Origin: Octopus bimaculoides
Taxonomy: Eukaryota
DNA length: 32,796 nucleotides
Reading direction: 5' to 3'
Assembly: GCF_001194135.2 (NCBI RefSeq)
Contig: NC_069003.1
Span: 1,670,848 to 1,703,643, forward strand
Numbering within the stretch: position 1 is the first letter of the stretch; every line of letters begins with the position of its first letter. Shown here piece after piece: positions 1 to 11,827 of the stretch. The notes beneath the pieces were generated by a model. That model did not search any database and was not told where the DNA came from. It was given only the letters and a program-made list of their open reading frames with translations. The position numbers and the translations under genes are program-made.

Positions 1-85
<85 letters not shown>

Positions 86-265
86 GTGTATATGTGTGTG
101 TGTGTGTGCATATATATACATATATATGTATACATGAATATACATATCTATCTATCTATCTATATATATATATATTTATATATATGTCTACTTGTCTATA
201 ACTATTACACACACACACACATATTTATATGCATATATATATAAATGTATATATATATATATATA
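1..265. repeat. (TA)n/(GT)n/(CA)n microsatellite block
   Basis: Directly visible. Confidence 0.95.
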
Positions 266-649
266 TACGTATCCTCCTGGTACAGGTATGCACATAGACA
301 CACGCCGATAATTATCTCTTTCTGCATCAGAAGCAATTACGCGTCAGCTATGAATTGCACACTTCGCCCACCAACCCTTTTGTATATTTCCCCTTAAGGG
401 CTAGTGCTAAGATCTTTATAGCAACAACAACAACAACAACGACAAGAACGTCTATGCCTAAGCTAAGAAAATGCAACTGAATTACAAAGCAAACAACGAC
501 ATCAGCTATAAATATAATACTTAATAAAATATCACTGAGATAAAAAAGAAAAAAAAAATGCAGCACCGAAAACAAAGAAAAAAAAACAGCAATAAGTAGA
601 ATGCGAGAGAAATTGCTGCATCAACATTCTATACTTATTTAGAAAATTG

Positions 650-696
650 CACTATTATTGTTGTTATTATTAATGTTGTTGTTATTATTATGATCG

Positions 697-733
<37 letters not shown>

Positions 734-836
734 CATTGTATTTTTATTATTATTATTACTATTGTTAGTAGTAGTAGTAGTAGTAGTAGTATAATAGCAG
801 TAGTAGGTTTCTTATCATCATTGTTATGATTGTTTC

Positions 837-879
<43 letters not shown>

Positions 880-925
880 GATGATAATAATAATGATTAA
901 AATAATTATTATGATAATAATTTAT
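650..925. repeat. Compound triplet microsatellite (ATT)n-(AGT)n-(AAT)n
   Basis: Directly visible. Confidence 0.95.
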
Positions 926-1003
926 AGCCACAAGTGTTTTCACGTATTTATATATAGATGCCTATGACTGGATTCATTGAAGCAAACACGCATACGACCC
1001 ATG

Positions 1004-1046
<43 letters not shown>

Positions 1047-1252
1047 NNNNNNNNNNNNNNNNNNNNNNNNNNNNNNNNNNNNNNNNNNNNNNNNNNNNNN
1101 NNNNNNNNNNNNNNNNNNNNNNNNNNNNNNNNNNNNNNNNNNNNNNNNNNNNNNNNNNNNNNNNNNNNNNNNNNNNNNNNNNNNNNNNNNNNNNNNNNNN
1201 NNNNNNNNNNNNNNNNNNNNNNNNNNNNNNNNNNNNNNNNNNNNNNNNNNNN
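1047..1252. other. Assembly gap (N)
   Basis: N run between (CA)n and (TA)n. Confidence 1.
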
Positions 1253-1290
<38 letters not shown>

Positions 1291-1552
1291 GTGTGTACGT
1301 GTGTATGTGTGCGCAACCACACATTCTTATCGAAGTAGCTACCCCCACTCCAATGGCACTCATGGTTTTTGCCAGCAAGGACGTTATGTTAGTAATATAT
1401 CCAAAATTATACGATGATTAACAAAATACGAAATGTATGTGCGTATGTTTGTAGATATGTTCGTATATTTGCGCGCAAGTGCGTGTGTGCGTATAACAAT
1501 CATATCACAACGATGTGTTATCCACACGCGTGCGCACACTCACTCACACACA

Positions 1553-1591
<39 letters not shown>

Positions 1592-2282
1592 ACACAAATA
1601 CATACATTGAGAATAAATTGCTATCACTCGGACGAGGGTATACCGCTTATCTTACACTCTTATTCTGCCTTTATCTTCTGATTTCATCGTCCCTATAGTT
1701 TCTTGCTAGGAAAACAACCCACACAAATTTGGTATGAATGCCCCTAACAAATGATCCATGCTCAACATATTGTAGAATAAAATTATTTACGAGTTGAATC
1801 GATTATTTTTATTCCAACGTATTTCTGTCTGTATGAATCTGGAGCCAACGCATTTTTAAATCGACGTATGCTTAACTTTTCCCTCAGAATTCACTCAGAT
1901 ATCATATATGTTATCTAACTTTTGTGTTGCAACAAATTCATTTTGACATGGTATATGGTAAGTTATTTCTTAATTTGATACTAATCCCATCTAGAATATT
2001 TTTTTTGCAGTATGTCTGTTCGTAGTTCTCTTTGATATGGTGATACTGGCAGGTCCTTTCCAAATGGCGATCGATCTAATGCTCGGCGTTGATTAGTATC
2101 TGAATATCCGATCTGTAGCTAGTGAGTGAACCTCATTATCGTGATGGGTGCTAAGGGTGGCGGTATCTGAGGGGGCTGTTCATGCCGTGGATGGTAGAGA
2201 AGTGGCGGGGACATTTATCACAAGGGTACGCTATTGGGGGGCGAGGAAGTGCTAGTCGGTTGGTATGTCATATTAATGCGCG

Positions 2283-2452
2283 TCGAACTGGCAGAATCGT
2301 TAGCAAGCTGCGCTAAATGCTAGCGGTGTTTTCTCTGTCTTCATGTTATGAGTTCAAATTCCACCTAGGTACACTTTGCCTTTTATCATTTCAGGCGTAG
2401 GTAAGATAAATACCAGTTGAGTACTGAGGTTGACTATAGTAGAAAGGATTAT
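2283..2452 (+). mobile_element. SINE family A (diverged, 3' deletion)
   Basis: GAACTGGCAGAATCGTTAGC...AAATGCTAGCGGTGTTTT...GAGTTCAAATTCCACCTAGGTACACTTTGCCTTTTATCATTTCAGG...ACCAGTTGAGTACTGAGGT aligns by eye with the 23888-24122 copy. Confidence 0.82.
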
Positions 2453-2639
2453 TGTGCGGCGTTTATTGCGCTTGATTCGTCCTCTTGACGTCTGCTCTTT
2501 TTCTATCAAATGTGTTCCATATATGAACACACAAATTCACTCTTCACTACATACTTTTCTAAATTCTAGGATTCTAACAATTTGGTCTCATCTTGCCAAG
2601 GAAGATGATCACCTATAACAGCAATAGCAACTTATAGCA

Positions 2640-3330
2640 TAAACTGAAGGATATAGGAGTGGTATTGAATTTCTAGCATTTCAGAAAAGGATGCCACATA
2701 TGACAAGTGAAAAACTATGGCAATGCATGGAACGTATATACACTCACCCTATGGAATTGCCATCGGTATTAAACTGGAACTGGGTAAGGAAACTACTTAC
2801 AGTGATGCAAATTCCAGTAGCTGTGATAGGTGTAATATTTCAGAGTAAATTAAATGCAAAGATGATGCACTGCATTCACCATTCCCTCGGCAAGAATAAT
2901 TCTTTCAGTATATCGAATGATTTGGCATCTATTTTAGAAACGTGACGATCATTGAAACCAGAAGAAAAAACTTACATTAGAAATTCACAAATTACGGGAT
3001 GTGAATGTACACCTTGGGACAATTTAAAAAATAGTTTGAAGCTGTATGAAACATACCTGCAGAAACGTATCTAGGATGGGGGCTTATTATTCATGTGACA
3101 TATTCATTAAATATGGTTCCTAGAATGTCATATATATCTGCCAGTATCTAAACCAGATACACACTTATAACAATAACTATGGCAACGAAATTTGTTTCTG
3201 TGAAGGAAACTGGAGTTCTTTATTGCACCAAGACGACTTCCTCAAACACAGAGTGTGAAAAATCAGAATTCATTTCCAGGTTGTTGAAAAGCAATCCAAT
3301 AGTCATGACGCGGAATTATGTTGTGGACTT
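2640..3330 (+). mobile_element. Possible very old R4/Dong-like RT relic
   Basis: The frame 2643-3074 has a single internal stop. Scattered motifs in RT order: GYRSG, (alternate frame) KNYGNAWNVY versus RNLxxAWIDY, W..KLL.VMQIP..VI, SLKLYE versus DDLKLY, and RGIMLWT versus GIIxWT. Each match is weak on its own. Confidence 0.28.
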
Positions 3331-4991
3331 CAGACAAAATCATAGCAAACTCACCTGAGGTAGCTGCAGATAAAAAGATCCAACTAATTCACAATATGTT
3401 CTTTTAAAAGCAGGAACACAGGCATTTTTTCGCGCAACTTTCACAAGACACGATTTTCTTTTAACTGACGAATTTATTACCGCACAGTGTATTATTAGGT
3501 GGACTTAATAGTTTACATATTTCAGAGTCAAATCACATTTATTGCTATGTCGCCGTTTTGTTTTCATGAAGCTACACAATTTTATAGCGAGTCCCTTTGT
3601 CCCTCCACTGCCTTTGAGTTACTCTCTTCATTTTGAAATCAAATTCAGTTTGATGTTGCTATTATAATTATCTTTGAAAGAATGGATATATTATCTGTTT
3701 CAGGTTTTAAATATGTTTCTATTCAACAGTCTATACATTTGAGGCAGCGGGTATAGTTTACGTTTATACTCTAGTTATTTAATAGGAATTTTCTGTTAAA
3801 ATAAATATCGCAGTTATGCGTTTACATTCATGTGGTAACAGTATGTTTGAGATATTTTAATCGTGTTTCAAGATTTGTGAGCCTATAATAGCAGAGTACA
3901 TATAACTCGTTCGCATTATCAATGAATATCTAATAAATATTTTATAGGAATCATTATGAGTGGAGAAAGGCGCTCATAGCAGGGACAGAGAGCTCTTTGA
4001 AATGTTTGTGGATACGGAGGCACACAGCATATAATTTTCACCTTTGTAAGTCGTCATACATTTTTATTGCAGATTATAATAGAAATTAATTCTTGTTTGG
4101 GGAACTGTTGCAATATGGGGGAGCTTATATTTTGTCACCGTTTGGTTTGGTTCTTTATTGGTGTATTATGCGATAGTGTTAAGTTGCCGTAGGAGCAATA
4201 AGATGATTTCTCGGTGGTTCATGTAACAGAAATAAAACAGGGGCCTCATAAAATTATATACAAGACACAACAGCCTAGATTAAATACATTTATCAATAGA
4301 AGAGAGATACACACGTTCACACACACGTGCGCAGGGACACATATGCACACATGCAACATATATACATATGCATGCATACATATATACTCATATAAATGTG
4401 TATGTGTGTGTATATAAAGAGAAAGAGAAAGAGAAACAGTGAGAGAGAATTGTGTAGGTATTTTTGCAGATGTATACGTATGGATGTGTGACAATAGTTC
4501 AGTGTGTATGTATGTATCTGAGTGTATATATCTATCTATAGTAGCATGTGTGTCGCGAATCTAATTAAGACCATATTAGAAATCTGTCTACATACATAAA
4601 CACAAACAGATACACACACATACACACGCACATATTTTTATGTATATTGTAACACAACTACACATGTAGCCATAAATATAAATACATATCTAGGGCATGT
4701 AGACTTTATTACATGGCATTAATGAATATATTAAGGCAACGGATTAAGATTGAGCATGAAAGAGAAAAACATATTCACTGTATTCACATCACATGAGCTC
4801 AAAGTGAAAGGAAAAAATTATGTAATTATGGCAAAAGCATATCAAAGTGTTCACATCAATGAGGATATTTTAGTTTTTATAGTAAAACATGTAATTCCTA
4901 GTTACAAACATTACTTGCTAACGTATTTGCACACAATCATATATAAACGTGCGTATTTAGTTTATACATAGAAAGTAAATGTGTATATATG

Positions 4992-5031
<40 letters not shown>

Positions 5032-5340
5032 NNNNNNNNNNNNNNNNNNNNNNNNNNNNNNNNNNNNNNNNNNNNNNNNNNNNNNNNNNNNNNNNNNNNN
5101 NNNNNNNNNNNNNNNNNNNNNNNNNNNNNNNNNNNNNNNNNNNNNNNNNNNNNNNNNNNNNNNNNNNNNNNNNNNNNNNNNNNNNNNNNNNNNNNNNNNN
5201 NNNNNNNNNNNNNNNNNNNNNNNNNNNNNNNNNNNNNNNNNNNNNNNNNNNNNNNNNNNNNNNNNNNNNNNNNNNNNNNNNNNNNNNNNNNNNNNNNNNN
5301 NNNNNNNNNNNNNNNNNNNNNNNNNNNNNNNNNNNNNNNN
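5032..5340. other. Assembly gap (N)
   Basis: N run inside (TA)n. Confidence 1.
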
Positions 5341-5391
<51 letters not shown>

Positions 5392-5869
5392 CACATAAAT
5401 ATATATATAATTTGTATATCCTTTAATCTTTTATAGTGATTTAGTTTTCATGCTGCGTATGATGGAGCGTTATAAATACAACTTCATCCACAAACGAAGC
5501 ACTAAAAAACACATACAATATATATAGAGACATACATGTACGCAAGTTTACATAGAAATATATATATATTATAGATACATTTATACAGTGAAGTGCAACC
5601 CTCTACACTCACATACACACATGCTTTTACTTTTAATCTTAGAAACCGTTTGAATTCAGACAGGTACACATATGTTGATAAACTTACAGATCGCACAAAT
5701 ACACAAACATATTCTGTGGTTCTATCAATGGGATATACTAATGGTTAATTATGTCCATAAATATTGGTTAACTTAGAAAGGTAGGCTTAAACGAACACAT
5801 AAACAAGTGAATATAAACAAATTATATCTATATTCATGCGCAGGAAAACATGTACAGCGCACAACTATT

Positions 5870-6852
5870 TATGCATGCATATACTATATTCATGCATACA
5901 TATGTGTGTGTCCGTACATGTGGATGTGTGTGTATGCTTGAGGATGAATATCTATGTACACATATATTCCTACGATACGTATATATTATATATGCATATG
6001 TGTCTGTATATATATGCCTTCATATATTTACACACATAATTATATACATATATATATATATATATGTGTGTGTATATCTATATACATATATGTGTAATTA
6101 TATACACATGCGTGTGTGTTAATGTTTGTTAGTGTATATGTGTACTAGTATATATGTGCATACATATACCTATAATACGTATATTATTTATATATGTGTA
6201 TATATATCTGTACATATATACATATATATTTAAATACGTGATAACATGCATATATATACATATATATACATGTATATGTAATTATATACACATGCGTGTG
6301 TGTGTGTAATATAGAGATGTGTGTAATGTTTGTGTACGTAAATACATGTGTGTGTGTGTGTGTTTGTATGCGTATTTCGATGCCTGTGCGTTTGCATCTG
6401 TAAGTTGTAAAATAAAAAAAAAATCCATTAATGTATATGTATGCATATTTATATACATATATATATGTGCCACTTATCTACGAATGTATGTATGTATTTG
6501 TGAGTGCGAATGTGTGTGCGTGTGTGTGTGTGTATGTATGTGTGTGTATGTGTGTGCATGTGAAAGCTGTAAAATAAGAAAACGAATATGGTTAAAATGA
6601 AAGACGTTTTTACATTGTACTAGAAATGTATTTGAATAGTTCAATGCTGCGCATATATTTTCCCCTTCGTATGTATTCCATTTTATTCTATGATTTTCTT
6701 TTTTCTTTCGTTTTTACCTTTCATTTTATCGTTTAGTTTTGTAATTACGTTCGCATATGTATTGGCTTGTGTTATATATATTTTACTTTTGCCATGTTTA
6801 CATATAATTATGTATGCATTTATTTTGGACACACACATATTATATATGTATA

Positions 6853-6905
<53 letters not shown>
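5870..6905. repeat. Degenerate TA/GT low-complexity region ending in (TA)n
   Basis: Directly visible; includes a short internal duplication (see findings). Confidence 0.85.
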
Positions 6906-6910
<5 letters not shown>

Positions 6911-7814
6911 GAGAATGAAAGATAGAAATTATTTGGAATATACATGTGTATATGTGTGGTTTGTTGATTATATTGCTATTCTCAATAAAATAGTTGTGAT
7001 ATCAAAGAAATTAGGTATAATACCTCAAACCTTCGTTATTATTATTTTTATTATTATTTTTAGTATTTTTCTTTTTTTTTATACATTTTCCAAAATGGTC
7101 TGAGGAAGATACAAGACCATAAAATATTGCGGATATAATATGGCGTATGCGCACAAGACGAACCTGGATTATAGTGATTTAGATAATTTGAAACAGTGGT
7201 AGGAATAAAATGGAAAGTGGTTGAGAATGAGAGAGAGAGAGAGAGGGAGGAAGAGACATTGTGAGGGTGTGTGTGTCAAATTGAGAGGGAGGTCGAGAAA
7301 GAGTGAGGTGTAAGACACAGAAAGAAAGAGGGTGAGATATGCATGGAAGAAAGACAGGTGAAGCTGGTGAGTGTAAATTAAACGTAAGTTGTTCGTTGAT
7401 ATTGTAGTATTTAGGGACGAGGAAACGGAAGTTTCTCTTACGGAAGCAACTATGAGTATTTTAAATTGTACAGATACATCAGATGACAGTTAGTGAGAGA
7501 AGAATAACTATCGTGAAATTCTATTTGCATTCTGGACGTTTGGTATTTCTTATCAATCATGAACCCATCCTTTCATGCATCAGAGATAGATCGATCCTTT
7601 AAACATCATGTTGATGTTTAGACTGATTTAACTAAAAACTGGTCCTGTCTTTCCTGTTTTTCTCATGTAGAATTAAATATAACGATACTCTTCGCTAAAG
7701 TTGAAGTTTAAATTATGACTTAATTTAAAATATAATAAAACATCTCTAAGAAGGAAAATAAACAATATATCTGAATACTAGGATTCGAAATTATCCGGAA
7801 GCTACGAGGTATGG

Positions 7815-7845
7815 TCGCAGTTGCGGCTGTGTGGTAAGAAGCCTG
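7815..7845 (+). mobile_element. SINE family B head fragment
   Basis: GCGGCTGTGTGGTAAGAAGC matches the head at about 19166-19186. Confidence 0.5.
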
Positions 7846-7884
7846 GTTTCGGTTTCTACTTTAGTTAGAAGACCTGAAACCTTT

Positions 7885-7925
7885 TGGTGGAGGGGCCCAT
7901 TGGAATATATCGACGCCAGTACGCA
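7885..7925 (-). mobile_element. SINE family A short fragment
   Basis: ATCGACGCCAGTACGCAACTGGTACTTAATTT is nearly the same as ATCGACCCCAGTGCGAAACTGGCACTTAATTT at about 23969-24000. Confidence 0.6.
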
Positions 7926-8569
7926 ACTGGTACTTAATTTGTCTTTCACCAACTTCAGTCATCTATATCTTTAATGATTAGCAATCATAAAATGCAACTG
8001 TGGAACTATCTTTGTTTGCAGAAAGAGAAATTACCTCAAATTCGCAGCAGTTGGTAAAGTATCTTCTTATATGTTCGAAGAGGGGAGCTTAGCAACCCCA
8101 CACAACACAAAGCAATATATGTGGACCGTACGGTGTCAAGGTTATTTCCCTTCGTCGGCACAGAATAACAATTTGACTGAGATGGCGCTGTTAAACACCT
8201 ATTCGAAAATATATATCATTTTCTAAGTGACACCACAATGACTGATCTAACAAACATAAATATTATTGTTCCTAAATCTCTCAATGAGTGATATTAATTA
8301 GCAATAATTTAAATCAACATCCACCCAGTACAAAACAGTATCTGTAAACTGTACGGTTGCCAAATTATTTCACTTCATAACATTTTGTTTAACAATAACG
8401 AAATTCAAATAACACGACAAATTGTTTCTTAACATGAAAAACTCGTAAATAATTTATGTTATTATATTTAATAATAAATAAATTCCTTACATGTCAGCAT
8501 TCAGGCAAAATGCAAAATTCCTTTAAAAATAATGCAGAATTTAAGTTGGTAAGTTTAGGGAAAGGGATC

Positions 8570-8690
8570 TAGATGATTACTTCGATCCCAGTTTTCAACT
8601 ACCTGTGTCATAGACATCGAAACGGCGAAATTGAGCTCAGTGGAAATTGAGCTCAGAACTTAGAGGTGTACGAAATTCCGGTAAGCGTCT
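8570..8690 (-). mobile_element. SINE family A fragment (strongly diverged)
   Basis: CATAGACATCGAAACGGCGAAA...CAGTGGAAATTGAGCTCAGAACTTAGAG...ACGAAATTCCGGTAAGC resembles the reverse complement of the family A core. Confidence 0.55.
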
Positions 8691-8859
8691 TATATATATA
8701 TATAAAGCCAGGTAGCCTATCTAATGACTGAAACAAAAGATGAAAGATGTATATTTGTGTGTGAGTGTTTCTGTGTGTATATATAGATAGATACAGAGAG
8801 AGAGATAACGTTATCGTATATCTGTCGGTATTTACGTAAACATATATATTATATATATA

Positions 8860-8914
<55 letters not shown>

Positions 8915-9442
8915 NNNNNNNNNNNNNNNNNNNNNNNNNNNNNNNNNNNNNNNNNNNNNNNNNNNNNNNNNNNNNNNNNNNNNNNNNNNNNNNNNNNNNN
9001 NNNNNNNNNNNNNNNNNNNNNNNNNNNNNNNNNNNNNNNNNNNNNNNNNNNNNNNNNNNNNNNNNNNNNNNNNNNNNNNNNNNNNNNNNNNNNNNNNNNN
9101 NNNNNNNNNNNNNNNNNNNNNNNNNNNNNNNNNNNNNNNNNNNNNNNNNNNNNNNNNNNNNNNNNNNNNNNNNNNNNNNNNNNNNNNNNNNNNNNNNNNN
9201 NNNNNNNNNNNNNNNNNNNNNNNNNNNNNNNNNNNNNNNNNNNNNNNNNNNNNNNNNNNNNNNNNNNNNNNNNNNNNNNNNNNNNNNNNNNNNNNNNNNN
9301 NNNNNNNNNNNNNNNNNNNNNNNNNNNNNNNNNNNNNNNNNNNNNNNNNNNNNNNNNNNNNNNNNNNNNNNNNNNNNNNNNNNNNNNNNNNNNNNNNNNN
9401 NNNNNNNNNNNNNNNNNNNNNNNNNNNNNNNNNNNNNNNNNN
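8915..9442. other. Assembly gap (N)
   Basis: N run inside (TA)n. Confidence 1.
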
Positions 9443-9483
<41 letters not shown>

Positions 9484-10149
9484 TATTTATACATACATAC
9501 ACACACACACATATCTACTTATGTAGATATATATATATATATATGCATGCATGTATATCTGTGCATATGTATGTGTGCATGCGTGTATATCCGTTTGTAT
9601 GTATGCATGTGTGTGTGTGTATAAGTATGAACGTATGTGAATGTATTTATGTATGAATGAACGACCGTTCGACATATCGATATTTTCATATCAATATCTA
9701 CATATCTGTAATTAAGAGACATTAGTTTCTCACCCGTTTCACTTTTATATTGACCAACGCCATAATTAAATTATATAATGTCTTCTAATTATACACACCT
9801 CCTGCTGCTTGGTTAAATATAATCTTGCCATTATATACACCGTCTGTCCTGCAAGATAAATGGTTATTATAGTGAAACGATATTATTATTTTTCTAGTTT
9901 TCCGTCTAGTCAATAGGTTACTTAACGGTGATTAGGTCAACGAAAGCGTTCTCTCATTTTTGTAATGAATAATAGTTCAGAAATGAATCTGAAGTAGCCT
10001 GGAAGTTCAGCGGTCTCTGAGGATAGTATTCCCGCAGAGCGACGTGTGAAGTTATTTTCATTTACGCTCTTTACCGCGTTACGTTTGTGATAGCTTTCAC
10101 ACTCAAAGTTGGTCTCCAATTTTTACACAAGGCCAGCAGATTCTCTACA

Positions 10150-10320
10150 AGAGGGAAATTGATTAGATCGATCGCAATAATCAACTAGTATTTATTTGGC
10201 CGGCCTCGAAGCCTAAAATGCAAGGTCGAACTCGTTGGAATTTGAACTCGGAACTTAAAGACGGACGAAATACAACTAAGAATTTCGTCCTGCGTGCTAC
10301 CGATACTACCAGATCGCCCC
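10150..10320 (-). mobile_element. SINE family A (diverged)
   Basis: Plus strand ...AAAATGCAAGGTCGAACTCGTTGGAATTTGAACTCGGAACTTAAAGACGGACGAAATACAACTAAG...CTACCAGATCGCC is the reverse complement of the family A 5' part. Confidence 0.8.
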
Positions 10321-10359
10321 ATAATTAAAGGCGTTTCCGCTTTGATTTTCTCACCCAGC

Positions 10360-10490
10360 CTTCTCACACTTTGTGTCATGCTAAATACTCCCAAGAACTG
10401 CGTTAAAGGTGTACGTGTCTGTGGAGTGCTCAGCACGTTAATTTCACGTCAACTGGAACTGACGAAGTGTCGTAACCGACGGAGTGTCAC
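10360..10490 (+). mobile_element. Fragment of a dispersed cephalopod repeat (family D; LINE/SINE 3' end-like)
   Basis: GTGTCATGCTAAATACTCCCAAGAACTGCGTTAAAGGTGTACGTGTCTGTGGAGTGCTCAGCACGTTAATTTCACG...TCAACTGGAAC...GTCGTAACCGACGGAGTG. Recognised from memory as a common octopus repeat; single copy here, so not confirmable in-window. Confidence 0.5.
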
Positions 10491-10624
10491 ATATAAGTTA
10501 CTAATAATTGGATATAATTATGCGAGCAAGAAATAGGTGGAGTTTTAATTATATTTTGGCTAAAGTTAATATTTCTGGTTCACTATGTTTGTAAGAATGA
10601 GATGTTGGTTGCAAAGATGGGATC

Positions 10625-10790
10625 GGTCATTCGGTAAGCAAATTGTCTGAGTGTAATAAGCGCAAGGCATTACAGACTTTCTTTAATGTCAACCATGTCT
10701 ACCGAAGCGAACTTACAATTTCCAACTTCTGTTTCTATAAAATATCAAGACCAATATTGGGGTGTCTCCAAAAATGTGAGCCTTAGAAGC
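10625..10790 (+). mobile_element. Possible ancient SINE family A copy
   Basis: Only weak motif order is preserved (CTACCGAAGCGAACTT...TTTCTATAAAATA...AATATTGGGGT). Confidence 0.25.
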
Positions 10791-10989
10791 AGAATGACAA
10801 AATTGTTAGATCATCGAACGACATGTATTGTGGTGTAGAATGTCGCGTGATTGGGATATGAACTCATATGCAGTAAAGGCGAGTCTCGTCAATCATCGAT
10901 TCGCGTGGGCGGTTATATTGTCAGACAAGGTCTTGGGGTGGACGGTACCGAATTTGTTCTTGGATTTAAAATTGTCGGACAATGACTAA

Positions 10990-11170
10990 TCATCATCATC
11001 ATCATCATCATCACTGACATTGTCGTCGTCGTCGCCATCGTCGTCGTCGGTATCATCAACCACCGCCACCACCGCCATCATCATCGTGATTAATATCATC
11101 ATCATTATAGTTGTTGTTGTTCTTGTTGATCTTGTTGTTCTCGCTGATGTTGTTGCTGTTGATGTCGTTA
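10990..11170. repeat. Compound triplet microsatellite (ATC)n-(GTC)n-(ACC)-(ATC)-(GTT)n
   Basis: Directly visible. Confidence 0.9.
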
Positions 11171-11189
11171 TTCTAGAATGGGTATTATT

Positions 11190-11400
11190 TTAGAAGGAAT
11201 TGGCAAAGAGCCAGATTAAATATATCGACATATTATTTTATTTTACTTTCTGAGTTCAAATCCAACGGAAATCGATAGACCGCTTTTCACGCTTCCGGGG
11301 TCAACAATATAACTACGCAATAATAAAGTATTGACGTCCAGTTAATCAATGAAACCTATTCCCCCATATTTCCTGGCCTTGTGCCAATGTCAGTCGTTTC
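11190..11400 (+). mobile_element. SINE family A (strongly diverged)
   Basis: TTCTGAGTTCAAATCCAACGGAAATCGA...CTTTTCACGCTTCCGGGGTCAACAA...CCCCCATATTTCCTGGCCTTGTGCC. Confidence 0.65.
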
Positions 11401-11609
11401 TAATATGCTTATGATCTTTTTTTACCAAGACGAGACTTAGCAGGCTGTAAAGCATGTGGACAAGTTTGTGTTTGGAATGTATTTACGTCGATTCTGTTTT
11501 CAGTTCAAACCCACCCGACATAGAAATTAATTTTCAGGTTGCAGTGGCTGACAAAAAAAAAAAAGAAAAAAACTTCCACTTCAATGCGATCATACACAAG
11601 TGATATATA

Positions 11610-11640
<31 letters not shown>

Positions 11641-11680
11641 NNNNNNNNNNNNNNNNNNNNNNNNNNNNNNNNNNNNNNNN
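11641..11680. other. Assembly gap (N)
   Basis: N run after (TA)n. Confidence 1.
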
Positions 11681-11788
11681 AATCATCAACTTGCAGATAT
11701 TGTATTATGTCAATTTACCTCTTTAGTTATTAATTAACTAAGAGGACAATAAAAACAATATACAAACACATGTGACATACATAAATAC

Positions 11789-11827
<39 letters not shown>

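Noticed and set aside
5643-5663. 21-nt plus-strand micro-exon candidate (TTTTAATCTTAG|AAACCGTTTGAATTCAGACAG|GTACAC)
   Set aside because: The donor is weak (GTACAC), and such matches are expected by chance in 33 kb of AT-rich DNA.
8491-8520. 30-nt minus-strand exon candidate ending in GTAAGG
   Set aside because: It has an uncommon AAG acceptor, stops in two of three phases, and no supporting context.
10990-11170. Asn/Asp/Gly homopolymer-like reading on the minus strand
   Set aside because: It is interrupted by stops and a frameshift, with no splice signals; a compound microsatellite.
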